This document shows positions 11,981 to 26,333 of a DNA stretch of 64,000 nucleotides, in pieces. The DNA is from Heptranchias perlo (Eukaryota). Made by a program: the position numbers and the translations under genes. The notes below the pieces were generated by a model that saw only the letters and a list, made by a program, of their open reading frames with translations, did no database searches and was not told the DNA's origin. The stretch covers positions 72,230,001 through 72,294,000 of the forward strand of contig NC_090331.1 in the NCBI RefSeq assembly GCF_035084215.1. The letters are read 5' to 3'. Numbering within the stretch: position 1 is the stretch's first letter; every line of letters starts with the position of its first letter.

Positions 11981-14693
11981 TGGAAGACTATAGAACGTTC
12001 AGAGGAGAAGTGAAAAAGGAAATAAGAGGGGCAAAGAGAGAGTATGAGAATAGACTGGCGGCCAACATAAAAGGGAGTCCAAAAATCTTCTACTGTAAGA
12101 TTTTCAAAATTCACAGATCCCCCAAAACTCGCAGAAAAACTCTAAAGAAAAGGACTTTGGACTCTTTTCTAACCATTTCAGGGTGACTCACACACGCGCC
12201 GCACCAGGAAGCATCAACCAGGGAAAAGTACTTTTCGAGGAATCCACGTCCTTTAAGGGACTCGCTTCCTCGTAGGGGCGACTGTAAGAATTCTGGGAAT
12301 TCACCTTTTCCCTGAGTATGGAAAAACTTTGGCCATTGACTGAAATCCTAAGATGGAAGGATAGGTGAGAGGCCACCAGACGAATCCACAAAACACATGG
12401 AATGTGGGAGAATTACTGCTTCAGACATGTCTCTGTTTTAAAGCAAAACCTGCAGCAGGTGGTCAACACTCACTGCCATTGAAAGAGGCAACTGCTCCAG
12501 ACATGGTGGGGCCATGTCTTTGTTTTAAAGCAAAACCCATCAACACCTAGGATGTTGGATACAAAAGGAAGCCTTATGGGACAAGCTCTAAAATCGGAAT
12601 TAACAATGCCCCATCGGGAGAAGCAATTACAACATGATGAGGGACCATCAAAAAGCCATCAAAGATTCTTAAGGACTTTGTAAGAACTGTTTAAACAGAC
12701 ATGAAGTGTTTTTTTTTGAAGTGACGAAGACCATTGTAAGAGAGGGATACACAAGTGGAAACTCGAAACCTCTCTCTCGCTCTCTCTCTCTCTCTGATTC
12801 TTGCTGGTGCTTGTGTGCTGCTTGTCTTGTTCTGCCTGTCTCTGGAAGGAAGAGCAACTTCCAGCGAACAACAAGGAAAGCAGTTCGACAGGGAAGGTCA
12901 GCAGCTCTAGAAGCAGGCCGACACACAAGAAGAAACCAGAGGAACAGCCCCAGTGACCATCAGACACCTCGTGGCAACAAGGGCCTTACGAAACAACCAA
13001 CCGAATATTGCCACCAACCAATCGGGTAATATTGGGCCACCGCGACCAAAGAAAACCAACTCGGGAGAAAACCGAAGATCCGCAAAGTTTCCACTCGACA
13101 ATCTTTTTCTGACTTACCTCTGGGTGAATTACTGTCAAGGGTTCGTTTGGTGAGCATTATCTCTGGCCCTTTAGAGTCCAACTTAGCTAGTGAAGTGGGA
13201 TTAGGAGGGGTGAGGTATCTTTCTACTGTAATTTCCCTCGACTGTACTGAAGTGTTCCCCTTTTTATTAGAGTGTTAAGATTGTTGTGTTGTATTTCCTC
13301 TCTTGAATAAAGGTCAAAGTTTCTTGCACCAAAACCAGTTGTCTGCTGCACTTTGTCACAACCCCCAAATAAGTCCAAGGTCTAGAACCCAGGGAGTGGG
13401 AGCGATTCGGACCGCTCAGAAGTCAGAGGTGAAGCTGACACACACCACCACCCCCTACACTACAGACATGTAACCAGTAAACGGGTAGTAAGAGGACGAG
13501 TGGTGCCAATTAGGGACCATAAATGAGATCTACTCATGGAGGCAGAAGGGATGGCTGAGGTACTAAATGAGTACTTTGCATCAGTCTTTACCAAGGAAGC
13601 AGATGCTGCCAGAGACTCAGTAAAGGAAGATATAGTTGAGATACTGGATGAGCTAAAAATTGATAAAGAGGAGGTACTTGAAGTGCCAGCTGTACTTAAA
13701 ACAGATAAGTCACCTGGTCCAGATGGGATGCATCCTAGGTTGCTGAGGGAAGTATGGGTGGAAATTGCGGAAGTACTGGCCATAATCTTCCAAACATCCG
13801 TAGATAGGGGGGTGGTGCCAGAGGACTGGAGAATTTCAAATGTTACACCCTTGTTCAAAAAGGATGTAAAGATAAACTCAGCAACTATAGGCCCGTCAGT
13901 TTAATCTCAGTGGTGGGGATACTTCTAGAAATCATAGTCCGGGACAGAATTAACAATCACTTGGATGAGTGTGGATTGATTAGAGAAAGCCAACATGGAT
14001 TTGTTAAAAATAAATTGTGTTTAACTAACCTGATAGAGTTTTTTGATGAAGGCAATGCAGTTGATGTGGCGTATATGGACATTCAAAAGACGTTTGATAA
14101 AGTGCTGCATGGTAGGTTTATCATCAAGATTGCGGCCCATGGAATAAAGGGGGCAGTAGTAACAAGGATACAGAGTAATGGTGAATGGTTGTTTTTTGGG
14201 CTGGAGTGAGGTGTACAGTGGTGTTCTCCAGGGGTCCGTGCTGGGATCACTGCTTTTCTTGATATATATTAATGACTTGGACTTGGGTGTACAGGGCACA
14301 ATTTCAAAATTTACAGATGACACAAAATCATGAAGGGTCTAGACAGAGTAGATAGAGAGAAACTGTTCCCATTGGTGGAAGGATCAAGAACCAGAGGAAT
14401 AGATTTAAGGCGATTGGCAAACAAACCAAAGGTGACAGGAGGAAAAAACTTTTTTACACAGCGAGTGGTTAGGATCTGGCATGCACTGCCCGAGGGAGTG
14501 ATGGAGGCAGATTCAATCATGGCCTTCAAAAGGGAACTGGATAAGTACTTGAAAGGAAATAAATTGCAGGGCTATGGGGAAAGAACAGTGGGTGGGACTA
14601 GCTGGATTGCTCTTGCCTAAAGCCGGCCCGGACTCGATGGGCCAAATGGCCTCCTTCTGTCCTTTAACCTTTCTATGATTCTATGATTTTATG
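11981..14693 (+). mobile_element. CR1 ORF2 fragment with internal deletion, interrupted by a solo LTR
   Basis: LNEYFASVFT, KSPGPDGMHPR, SQHGF motifs; DDTK joined directly to the C-terminal region at ~14328; TTCTATGA tail. Confidence 0.9.
12094..13459 (+). mobile_element. Solo LTR, 1366 bp
   Basis: TGTA...TACA termini; 4-bp TSD CTAC (12090-12093, 13460-13463); AATAAA 13306-13311; excision restores the host CR1 sequence. Confidence 0.85.
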
Positions 14694-16853
14694 GTATTAA
14701 TGTACAATCCAGTGAAAGTCAGGACCATGTAGTTGAGAATAGTTAATTAATAGCTTCGTCTCGGAGATATTTGTGTGCTTGCCTATACTGAACAATGAGA
14801 AAACTGCATTTAATAGCCTGGCCACCACCCGAGACATTGAGAGACCCTTCAGGGGGAGCTAGGCAAAGTTCTCCAGGCACCCCACCGATCTTTTGATAAG
14901 ATAACATGAATGCCCAAAAGTGGCTTGTTTCTTCTGATATCATGTGTGGCATGATCTTGGGGTATTGGTGTGTGTGCAAATGTGATCTGTTGTGTGTGAG
15001 GCAACTAGCAGGCGGAAATGCATGATGAAGATTCATTGAAGAACAGGTCTCAGACATGCTCAGTTATTTGACAACGGCACGACATGAAATGTTTAATGTG
15101 GCTCAGGAGAGTGAGAAACCTCCATAGAGAAATCGACTCAGTAATGGAACAATCAGGATAGAGTAAACACTGGTACCTGTCAGAGGGATTGAAATTAAAG
15201 GAAAGAGGGCCATAGAAATATGGATTTCCAAAATTCTGGGTTGAGTTCCTTTGAGTTAACAATGAAATTGGGACAACTGAGGGCTAGAGAGAAATAATAC
15301 TTAGCAAAAATATCCACAAGATGGATATTGGTTATCGGAGAGCTGGAGAATCTTTTACGTCCACGATTTCTTAATAATATGGCATACTGTTGTTTTTTGC
15401 ACATTGAATTATGATTTTCTTTCTCTGAATCATGAAGTGTAATATTAACCAAATGAAACCTAGACTAGACGAGCAAATGGCTGCTCTGCCGTTAGCTTCA
15501 GGAAAACGGCATCTCAATGTCTGCCTCACCAATGAAATTTATTGAATGGCGTGAAGTTGCCGTATTTGCGTGGTAGATACAAACTAAACTCACCACAGAA
15601 AGTTAAGTCAAGCCATTTCAGTCAAAGTAACCTTCTAATGACCTGCTAAGTGTTGATTACTGCCAATCAACCTCTCTGACAGTGAAAATTAACTATTACA
15701 AGAATGGAGTCTCATTCCTTCAGGTTTTAATTGTTGTTGGATATTTTAAAAATGTAAAATTTAAAATTTTAACCTTTTTTTTACTTTTCCTTACTTTCTT
15801 TTTTTCTCTCTTAGTCCAATTTTTTTTCCCTCCTTATTTCTCTTTCTGTACCTGATTTCAAATTGAATTCACCCACTCTAATTTACATTTCCTTCTCAGT
15901 CCTTGTTAATTTCTCACACCGTCAATCTGATTGGTTAACAAGATACACAGTTACTTGTCCTGTTCACGCAGGTCCCAGATGCCCGGTTTCCCTCGCTGTG
16001 ACGTTATCAGCTCGCACTTTCAGCAATTAGCCATGCAAAAAATTTAAATCCCAAACGGGCAAGGGCTAGTCTAATTAACATCAGATGCCATTTGATGCCC
16101 TGCTACAGCAAAATACAGGGCCATGGAAGAAAAGAAAAGGTGAAAGGGAAAAAATGCTGATTTTCTTTGAACAACAAAATAAACATATTGAAAGGAATGC
16201 ACAGAGCTGATATCATGATGGATGGATTATCCAAGGTGGTGAAACTGAACTACATTCCTAGTGTTAAGAACTGGGATATAAATAAATGAAGTAACATTAT
16301 TTGGCGGAGGTTTATGACTATTAAAGAAAAAGAAAGGTCTTGCATTCTTATTGTGCTTCATCATATCTGACAGACATCTCAAAGTGCATCATATTTAATT
16401 AATTACTTTTGAAGTGCAATCTCCATTATTATGTATGCAAACACGGTAAATATTTTACACACAGCAAGGTCCCACAGGCACCAATGAGATGAATGATTAG
16501 CTAATCTGTTTCTTTGATAATTTGATTGAGGGAAAAATGTTGTCCATTTGGCGAGTTCCATGTCTTCTTCGAATAGTGCCATGGGATCTCTTATATCAAA
16601 TGTTGCTGCATTACTGATTAAACCAGAGTGTATGTTCCACTTGCATATAAATTAAAGCCCCGTTCATAGTTGTATCTTAATGTCAGCATTTGTTTCTAAC
16701 TAGATAGTGGTTTATTAAGTAAGATTCCTGATATAACGATTGGCATGACAATCCAGATAAAGAAAGGAACACATCAAAATAATCGAGTAAAAGGGATTTT
16801 ATTTATGTTCACAAATCTATCCGCTTGACTAAATCATATATTTCAGCAATGAT

Positions 16854-19459
16854 CTAGAAGTCCCTCATGCGCCTGAAAGATCCGATAGCTGAGCTGGTGG
16901 CGCCCCAGTCACTGAATCTCCTGTATTCACCGGGTCTCATGAAGTACTGGCGGCCTCTGTAGTTGGGTTGTTCATAGAAGGTCCAGTAACCATCCATCAC
17001 ATTGCAGGAGTGAATGTCACGGTAGCGGAAACGATCGTAGACAGATGGACAGTCATCCATGAATTCCATCATCTGTCCTCCAAAGTCAGGCCTCTCGTAA
17101 ATCCTCATTTTGTAGCTGCCTCCCCTGTACTGTAATATAAAATGTGTAACATTAATGATGTAGTAGCAAATATATGTGATATATATTGAAGAGTGTTCCA
17201 AGATTGTAGCAAATTAGGACAAGAAAAATGAAATATTGTACATAAGTCTATCAGCGAAGGTAGAAGTTAAAAAAGATTTGGGAAAAGATTATTGACCATT
17301 CACTGAAAATATCCAGTTGGTGTGAAGTCGTCAGTAATGATGCTGATCATTTACTAAGACAAATCTCGAGGCATTTGAATATATTGTAAGTCACAACATG
17401 TTATTCTAACCTTGTGTAGGTCATTAGTGAAATTACATCTGGATTGTTACTGGCAGTTCTGGGCACCCATCTACCAAAAGGGCACTGATACACTCGAGAG
17501 ATTTCAGGGAAGAGTGACAAGGATTTCATCATGGCACTTATGTTTCTCAGTCATGAAGAAAGACTGACAAAACTGAACTTGTTTTCAGTGGTCAAAAGGA
17601 GATAGGAGACAAAATATGATCCTTTGAAGTGCTGGGAGGAGTGGAAAGTGTAGATGTTAGCAGGCTACTTCCTTTAGACTGTGAATATCTTATGTTGAGA
17701 AAAGAATTTCCCCCTCAAAAAATAAGTAGATGTGTCACAAAGACGGCCAAGGAAATCAGTTAATTTATTGTTATTCGACTCATTCGAAAAATGTAAATAT
17801 ATGGTTAAGGCCAAAATTTAAGTTTAAGAGACTAAATCAGCTGTTGGAAGTGTCATGCCACAGAAAGAAACCATTCAAAGTTACTTAATGTAGTTTGTAC
17901 GGTTCAATCAATATTCTGGAGCTTCATCAGATTATCTCGGGGATCAGGGGAAACTGCTGAACCTTTCACTTGGAGAGTAATTAGATTTGGTCAAGTCTCC
18001 AGCAGGATAAAGTGTCTGTGTGTTAGTAGAGGATCAAACCTAATTATGATGGTCCACATGACTGACTTTGATGCTGTTCCAACTCTCACTGTCTAGGCCA
18101 ATACCTAAGCAATAGCCCTTTAAGCAAAATATTTTAGGCCTGTTTGTGTTTAGGCACAATTCACCTGAAGTACTGCCTTTACCAACGTTAGCAGAATCCT
18201 TACTTGAAGCCTTGGTCAAATCTGAACCCAGGTAGTAGAGAAGTACACATGAACACGATGAATAATTCTGCAGCATTTATACATTAATTTTTTTGTGTAT
18301 CTATTGCACATGAACTTAGGGACAAGAGTAGGCCATTCAGCCCCTCGAGCCTATTTCGCTGTTCAATTAGATCAAGGCTGATCTGTACCTTAACTCCATT
18401 TACCCGTCTTTATCCCTTATCCTTGAATATCCTTGCCTAAAAAAAAATCGATCAAAATCTATCAATCTCAGATTTTAATTTTTTTGTTGACCTGCTCTCA
18501 ACAGCTTTTTGGGGGAGAGAGTTCCAGATTTCTATTACCCTTTGCGTGAAGAAGTGCTGCCTGACATCACCCTTGAATGGTTTAGCTGTAATTTTAAGGT
18601 TATGCCCCCTTGTTTTGGAATCCCCCACCAGAGGAAATAGTTTCTCTCTATCTACCCTATGAAATCCTTTAATCGTCAAAAACACCTTAATTAGATTACC
18701 CATTAATCTTCTATATTCAAGGGAATACAAGACTTGTCTATGCAACATATCCTCATAATTTAACTCTCAGTAAATTAACAACTAATTAGAAAGATGCCAG
18801 TAAATTACAAACACATTTTTAGTTCTATTTTTCTAAATCTTGCCATGGGTTTATCATTTGGCACTGTATTTCAATCTTTTTCCTAACATTTGAAATAGTA
18901 GAAAGCAGTAAAATGTTTAAACTAAAATGTGGATTTGTCAATAATGACAGAAAAAGGGAGTGACAATAATAATCTTTAAATGAATATAAAAGACTATTAC
19001 ATAATTAATGTGGGGGCTGAGAATAAATTACATAAAATGACAGAAAACTATTGATGAGCCATCCTATCAACAAATGATTTGAAACTGGTAATTAGCCTTA
19101 TTTTCAACTTACGTGTGGGTAGGTGCGACATGACCTGATGCTGTCATCGAATCCCATCCAGCGCTGGTAGTCAGGATATTCTCCCCTGCTCAGAACATAC
19201 TGATATCCCATGTAATTGGGTTTCTCATACACCACCCACCAGTCACTCTCAACACGGATGGAGTTGCAGCGACTGAAGTAAGAGGACAGGTCAGCACAGT
19301 CAGTACTGCACTCGTGGTGCCGACCCTGGAAGTTCCTGTCCTCGTAAAAGATGATCTGTGGTGAAAAAAATGACATGAATCATTCGATAATTTCCTAAAT
19401 TTAATGTATTTTGTCAAACATTATTTGAAAAATATGAGAATTAACCTTACCTTTCCCAT
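16854..19459 (-). CDS. Gamma-crystallin gene 2, 175 aa; exons 19451-19459, 19113-19355, 16854-17129
   Basis: Same 9/243/276 exon structure, open frame, canonical splice sites; AATAAA 16798-16803. Confidence 0.96.
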
Positions 19460-19514
19460 TTTGACCTTCACAGTTAGTCAAACAACCGCCTGGACATAGC
19501 GCTGTTTCATACAG

Positions 19515-19610
19515 CTCGGTATTTATAAGCTGGACTGAAACTCCACTGTAGGGAATGCTTTTGTTATTCTAATGGTTTTAACAGTGTATATCAGCAAAAA
19601 AGCAAATAAA
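19515..19610 (-). promoter_or_regulatory. Proximal promoter of crystallin gene 2
   Basis: TATAAA 19522-19527 (minus); near-identical to the gene 1 promoter. Confidence 0.7.
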
Positions 19611-20255
19611 AAAAAAACCTATAGGCACTGCAGACAAAATCCCCTTATTCAGGTTTATAGATGGGGCACTGATTCTTTTCATTCTGCTTTGATGCTGTTT
19701 TAATTGTTCTATGAAAAAATTGAAAGGACTACAGTCCAAAGAGCTTCTATGCTGAGTCCGGTAAAGGTATTGTGACTTTGTAACATTTGCTCTTTTACTA
19801 TGCTTCCAGGAATGAATCATTACTGTGTTCATGATTTCTTTTACCCAAACTTACATTGCCCAATACGTATTAATCTACATGTAACATTTATAAATCACTA
19901 TTTTGCTAAGAGGGTTCAACTAAAGCACTGAAAGTTTATTTCCCTGTGTGAGGCGGAGGTCTGATTGATTTTATTTGTCCTGGCAATGTAATCACCATTT
20001 TAAGAGAAGCTTTCGACATAATATTGCTAATCTTGTTAGGAAAAGCGTTATATAGGCATTTCCTGTGAACAAGGCTTTCTGTTCTCTGTTATTAAGCATC
20101 AACAGATTTTTGGTCACCTTGTGTAGAGAAGCCCCCTTAAGTAATGAGCATCCTGTGTCTTTCCTATCTCATGTGCAGAAGATGGGTAAAGGGAGTTGGC
20201 CAGAGTTTAGTAAGAATACAGGATGCTTTGGGCAAATATAGTGTCTTTGGTAAAT

Positions 20256-20949
20256 AAGAACATAAGAAATAGGAGCAGGAGTAGTCCAATCGGCCCCTCG
20301 AGCCTGCTCCGCCATTCAATAAGATCATGGCTGATCTGATCCTAACATCAAATCTAAATTCATGTCCAATTTCCTGCCCGCTCCCCGTAACCGCTAATTC
20401 CCTTTACTTCTCGGAAACTGTCTATTTCTGTTTTAAATTTATTTAATGACGTAGCTTCCACAGCTTCCTGGGGCAGCAAATTCCACAGACCTACTACCCT
20501 CTGAGTGAAGAAGTTTCTCCTCATCTCAGTTTTGAAAGAGCAGCCCCTTATTCTAAGATTATGTCCCCTAGTTCTAGTTTCACCCATCCTTGGGAACATC
20601 CTTACCGCATCCACCCGATCAAGCCCCTTCACAATCTTATATGTTTCAATAAGATCGCCTCTCATTCTTCTGAACTCCAGTGAGTAGAGTCCCAATCTAC
20701 TCAACCTCTCCTCATATGTCCGCCCCCTCATCCCCGGGATTAACCGAGTGAACCTTCTTTGTACTGCCTCGAGAGCAAGTATGTCTTTTCTTAAGTATGG
20801 ACACCAAAACTGTATGCAGTATTCCAGGTGCGGTCTCACCAATACCTTATATAACTGTAGCAATACCTCCCTGTTTTTATATTCTATCCCCCTAGCAATA
20901 AAAGCCAACATTCCATTGGCCTTCTTGATCACCTGCTGCACCTGCATAC
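20256..20949 (-). mobile_element. Young CR1 3' fragment ~0.8 kb upstream of gene 2
   Basis: Open ORF 20360-20971; TSD TAAAT (20251-20255, 20950-20954); empty site GGTAAATCGG at 4141; near-identical to 63399-63933. Confidence 0.92.
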
Positions 20950-22618
20950 TAAATCGGAGACAACTAATCATATGGGAGGCAATGATGTCACATGTTGTGT
21001 GTCATCTGGAATGTGAGGGAGTGAAGCAGATGGCAGCTCCATGAGACAGAGAGGATGATTGACGGGAGGCCCCATGTTTGCACACGGACATGTCGAACAC
21101 TTTGTGTCAATAAATGTATATAAGCTGAGAATTAACTCGTATTTGTTAGAAAGTTCTCGGACTGAGGCTGGACACACTCAAGTAATAACAAGGACCTTCC
21201 AGAGGTGCTCCTCGGAACTTTGTATGGTGATAACTTTATCAGATTGTATTCGAACATCTTATTAGTATGTTTATTTGTACTCTTGTATTTTAACATCTTA
21301 GCAACTTATTATAACTTTTTTAAAAAGCTATTACACTTTGGAACAAAACAACTCAGAACCTTTTTGATTAAAGACTGAACCAGTGAAATAGCTCATTCAC
21401 AACCATTATTTTACTCCAGCTTTGTGATTGCACTATATATACTTCAGCAGGCAGGTGGGAGGGAACAGATTGAGTGACACCTTGACATTACTGTTGGAGA
21501 GTAAATAGAATGGAAAGTCTAGCAACATTCATGAGTATCTCTGGAAGTAGAGTGAAAAAAATCCTCCACAAACTTTTGTTAGTGAGGTTATGGTTTCAAC
21601 CATATCAATTTAAACGACTTTATTTTGTTGCATTTTATTACCGTACTCACACCGACAACCTCAATCTGAATGGACTGACTTCGTGCACACTGCATCAATG
21701 TAGAATGGATTCCATGGGTTGCAGTATATACGTGTAGCCCTTCCTAAGCAGTGGGCATGAGTCAACTAGATGGAATTAAAGGATCTGAAAGTACCTTACA
21801 ATATTAAATTTGGAAGGGAGATTTTTGAAACTGTCTTAATGAATGTTCCTGCATGCGGTTAACTGAGTTAATAGGGGAAGATTTCTCAGCATGCAGCGTG
21901 TGACACAGTTCCAAGTTCATTCTTAATAAGTTCGATATGGAAGGAGGACTGGAGGACTGATGCGTTCTCAGTGGAAAACCTCTGTTGAAAAGGGGATAAA
22001 GGCGTACACCGAATAACTATAGACGAGTCAGCTGAACATAGTCGATGGTGGGTAAAGTTCTAGAAGCCATAATACAGGTTAAAATTAATACTCGCTTAGA
22101 AAACCATGGATTAATTGAAGACAGGCAGCATCAATTTGTAAAAGGTAAGGCATGCCTCATAAATGTAATAATTCTTTGAGGAAATACTAGGGTGTATCGA
22201 TAAGGTAAACGCAATAGGTATTGAGTTAGTGGATTTTGAAAAGTTGTTTAACAACACGCCACATAGGATGCTTGCTGATAAAATGAAGACAAACAGTATT
22301 AAAGAGAACATGAGAGGGAATTTGGAGAAATGGCAGAAAGCAGAGAGCAGTGGTTCATGGATGGACTGGAGGAGTGTAAACAGTGGTGTCCCCCAGGGTC
22401 AGTGTTGTGACCGTTGCTCTTTATATATGTATATACACGCACATTTTGGACTTCGGAATTGGGGCACAATATCAACATTTGCAGACAATATAAAAATAAG
22501 GAGCATGGTAAATAGTGAGGAGAACTGTATACAACTTCAGAATGATATAGACAAGTTAGTAGATTGGGCAGATGGATGCCAGATAAAATTTAATGCAAAG
22601 AAATGTGAATTGTTATAT

Positions 22619-22772
22619 AAGAACATCAGAACATAAGAAATAAGAGCAGGAGTAGGCCACACGGCCCCTCGAGCCTGCTCCGCCTTTCAATAAGATCATG
22701 GCTGAGCTTTTACCTCAACTCCACTTTCCTGCTCTATCCCCACGTCCCTTGATTCCCTTAGAGTCCAAAATA
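22619..22772 (-). mobile_element. CR1 3' UTR fragment
   Basis: AGAACATA repeat tail and GGAGTAGGCC..CCCCTCGAGCCTGCT; absent at paralogous ~36685. Confidence 0.8.
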
Positions 22773-23734
22773 AAACTTACATTTTGGAACAAAGAGTAAG
22801 GAGAGGGCATATACGCTAAATGATAAAACGTTAAAAGACGCAGAGAAGCAGGGAGACTTAGGGGCTCAGATATACAAATTATTAAAAGTGGAAGGACAAG
22901 TCTTTTAAAGCTGTTAAAAATAGCATAAAGCTGTTCAAAATGATGAGGAGTTTTGATTCCAGTGGTCAGCAAGTTGTTAACAAGAGAGCATAAATTTAAG
23001 ATCATTACAACAGAACGAAGGGGAAGGTGAGTATATCCTTGCTCGGACTCATGATTTTGAAAACAAAAAAATAGGGAGTGTGTTTAGATAGCTGGGAGGA
23101 AAACCAGCAAAAACTCTGGTGTGTAAAACAACAAAATATATCCAGGAGAAATAAGAACTTGTGTTTTATTAGTTAAAATATGTCAGACTTTGTGTGAGGT
23201 CGAGACTAAGATAAAGAAACTAGTAAAGGAGAAGAAAATTAAAGTGGACGATCGGAAAGCAGGAATCTTGTTGTTTCAATTACAAGAGTTCGGGAGGTTG
23301 AGAGAGGAAGTTGAAACTCTGAAGGGCTGGTTGAAAGATGAGGAAGAAAAGAAGAACAAAAGGAAAGATGGAGGGACCGGAGGGGAGGACACGGACTGTG
23401 AGTTGAAATTTGAATATGTCCAGAATGAGATTAAGTAGCAAATATCAGAAATTGAAAATTGATTTAAGTGAAAAAGATCAATTTATATATGATGGAACAA
23501 ATGAGGAGAAAGGGAGAGAGTTTCACGCTGCAGAATGTGTTTTTTTGTTTTCAGCGTACTGTCTCTTTAAAAGCCTGTGTGAGTCTTTATTTTCCCTGTT
23601 GCTGGACACCTCTTAAATAAATACTAAATGCTTTAAAATGAGATGAACGAACTGAAATGCTGTCTTCCTGACAAGAATTTTTAAAATTAATAGTGATGTT
23701 ACTAATGATTTCTGCTTGTTTTTACAGATTTTAC

Positions 23735-24283
23735 TACCCAGAATGTACACTTCTGGTCACCACATTACAGGAAGGATGTGATTGCACTAGAGAGGGTACA
23801 GAGGAGATTTACAAGGATGTTGCCAGGACTGGAGAATTTTAGCTATGAAAAAAGATTGGATAGGCTGGGGTTATATTCTTTGGAACAGAGGAGCTATGGG
23901 GAGATTAAATTGAGGTGTATAAAATTATGAGGGGCCTGGATAGAGTGGATAGGAAGGACCTATTTCCTTAGCAGAGAGATCAAAAACCAGGAGGCATAGA
24001 TTTAAAGTAATTGGTAGAAGGATTAGAGGGGAGTTGAGGAGAATTTTTTTCACCCAGAGGGTGGTGGGGGTCTGGAATTCATGGCCTGAAAGGGTGGTGG
24101 AGGCAGAAAACCTCATCGCATTTAAACAGTACTTGGATATGCACTTGAAGTCCCGCAACTTTCTAGGCTATGGACCAAGAGCTGGAAAGTGGGATTCGGC
24201 TGGAAAGCTCTTTTTTCAGCAGGCACACACACAATGGGTCGAATGGCCTCCACCTGTGCCGTAAATTTCTACCATTCTATGAT
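23735..24283 (+). mobile_element. CR1 3' fragment
   Basis: FFTQRVVGVWNSWPE ORF and TTCTATGATT tail. Confidence 0.85.
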
Positions 24284-25099
24284 TTTAATGCAATTGTATT
24301 AGGAACTTTGTGCAAGCCATCACTTTTTTAACAGCACAAAGACTTTTTTTGAGAAAAAAAGATAAAATGCAGCTTTAAAGAATTATAAGTTAAATTTGGA
24401 GGATAGTGTCTGGTTATAAATCGATTTGAACTTCTTCAAAGCACGTTGTTTTAATTGGACTACAGCTAAAAACCACTTTTTTTATACAGTTTCAATTGAA
24501 GATGCCTGGTCTTGTTTTAAATCAAATCGAACGTTTACAAAGCATTGTGTTTTATAGTCTGCTTTTGTGATTGACTCCTCTCCCACCCTCTAAAGTTTTG
24601 ACAAGTAAGAAGTGATTAACCCTTCTTTCTGAATTGCTGAAGTTAATTATTTGGACTGCACTAGTTTTTTTAAGAAGTTGGTCTGACATCTTTTGAGGTT
24701 CCAGCATTTCAATCTGATGAGTCACAGCTTTCTGAGTAGAAAGAGCAGTCACTGTACAAGCAGTTTCATTGTCCCTTAATAAAAACAATGATTTTTGTAG
24801 TTCCGACAGCTCCGCACTGCAATCAGCTCATTCGGATATTCCATGATATTATTATAGAATGGCAAGGCAGATCAGCTAGCCAGAAAGTTCAAGATTGCCC
24901 TCGAAGTGTGGGAACCACCCGAAATCTTGCAGGGCCAGATAAATGAAGGGCAAAGTGAAATGCCCCCTTTCTTCAGGGGTGCAGAACGGGGATATTTGGA
25001 TTAAATCAGTCAAGGCAAACATCAAAGGTGGGGGCTCATGGCTCAAAGATGGCTTTAAAAGAAGGGACAATTTTACAGTACAGAATGTAACAAATGTGT

Positions 25100-25990
25100 T
25101 TCCCTTGTATGGATCAGACTGTGAATGCCATCATTAATGACTGCCTCACATGTGCCCAGTAGGACCCAGGCCCAGAATTAAAATGCCTCCTAGCCATATC
25201 CCAGCATCCGATGGCCCTTGAAGAAATTTACCGATTGATTACATTGGCCCGTTTCAGAGGACACAGAAGGGTGACCAGTAAGTCTTTGTCATAATTGACT
25301 GCTTTTCTAAATGGGTTGAGGCTATCCCTGTGAGACAAGCCACTGCTACCCAAACTGTACTTATTGAGCACGTTTTCACTCGCTGGGGATTGCCAGTGAA
25401 GGAGACACTAAGGCTCCTAGGAATTAGGCAAAGGTTTCATATTCCATATAATCCTCAGGCAGCTGGTACGGTTGAGCGTATGAATTGGACCCTTAAGCAG
25501 CGAGGCAGTGGGAGAGGCTGGTAAGACTCGGGATGTTCTATTGTCACTCATATTGATGGCAATTCGGGATAACCCCTCCCGGGCGATGGGACATACTCCA
25601 TTCGATGTCATGACTGGACGGTGTCGCGGTTGCCAGAGCTTTGACTAGGCAGCACCTTCTCTGGACCTCAACACAAGAGTGTGTCCCTGGACACATATAT
25701 AGAACAGTTACACCCTAATTTGCGACATGTGTATCTAAGTTCTGCCCAATCAATTGGCCACAATAATAAGTGCCATCACAAGTTTGTCCCTTATGTTCAG
25801 GGTCTTGAAGTGGGTGACAAGGTGATGGTAAAACTGAATAATGTCACAGGAAAGTGGGAAAACGAGATTTGAAGCACCCTTCTCGATAATAGACAAATTG
25901 AGTAGTTAGTTATGTGGACAAGATTCAAGCTGATAAAAGGGATAGATGTGTAAATATTAACCAGATGAAGAAGTGGCAGGGACAGGATAC
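25100..25990 (+). mobile_element. Decayed retroviral/Gypsy-type integrase
   Basis: IDYIGPF, IDCFSKWVEA, FTRWGLP and FHIPYNPQAAGTVERMN motifs with stops and frameshifts. Confidence 0.82.
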
Positions 25991-26333
25991 CGGAAGGTTA
26001 CATTCCATCATTCCTATAATCCTTTAATGGCTTACGGATGATGACGATGAGCAAGTTGAGGAGGATGAAATCACCTCCATCGACTCCAGAAGGACATTCC
26101 TAGGCTCTGAGTCCCGTGAGCTTTTAAATTTAACATAGGACGATGAGGGGCAGGTCGAACATTCTGGACCCTCCTCACCTGAGGGAATAGATGAAAACAA
26201 TTAGAAACACAAAGGAACAGACTTGGAGCTGGAAATTCCAAATTCAGCCGTCCTAAGCATATCTGTGTGGGATAGATGGGGTTAAATTAAGACAGGCTGC
26301 AAGCTCCAAAATGGAGAGACGGAAAAACATTAG

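Larger units (their letters stand above)
14700..23470. repeat. Segmental duplication unit around gene 2, homologous to 1-11980 (gene 1 unit) and ~31430-37240 (gene 3 unit)
   Basis: Position 1 matches ~15583 and ~32365; flanks, introns and old repeats are colinear apart from unit-specific insertions and deletions. Confidence 0.92.
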
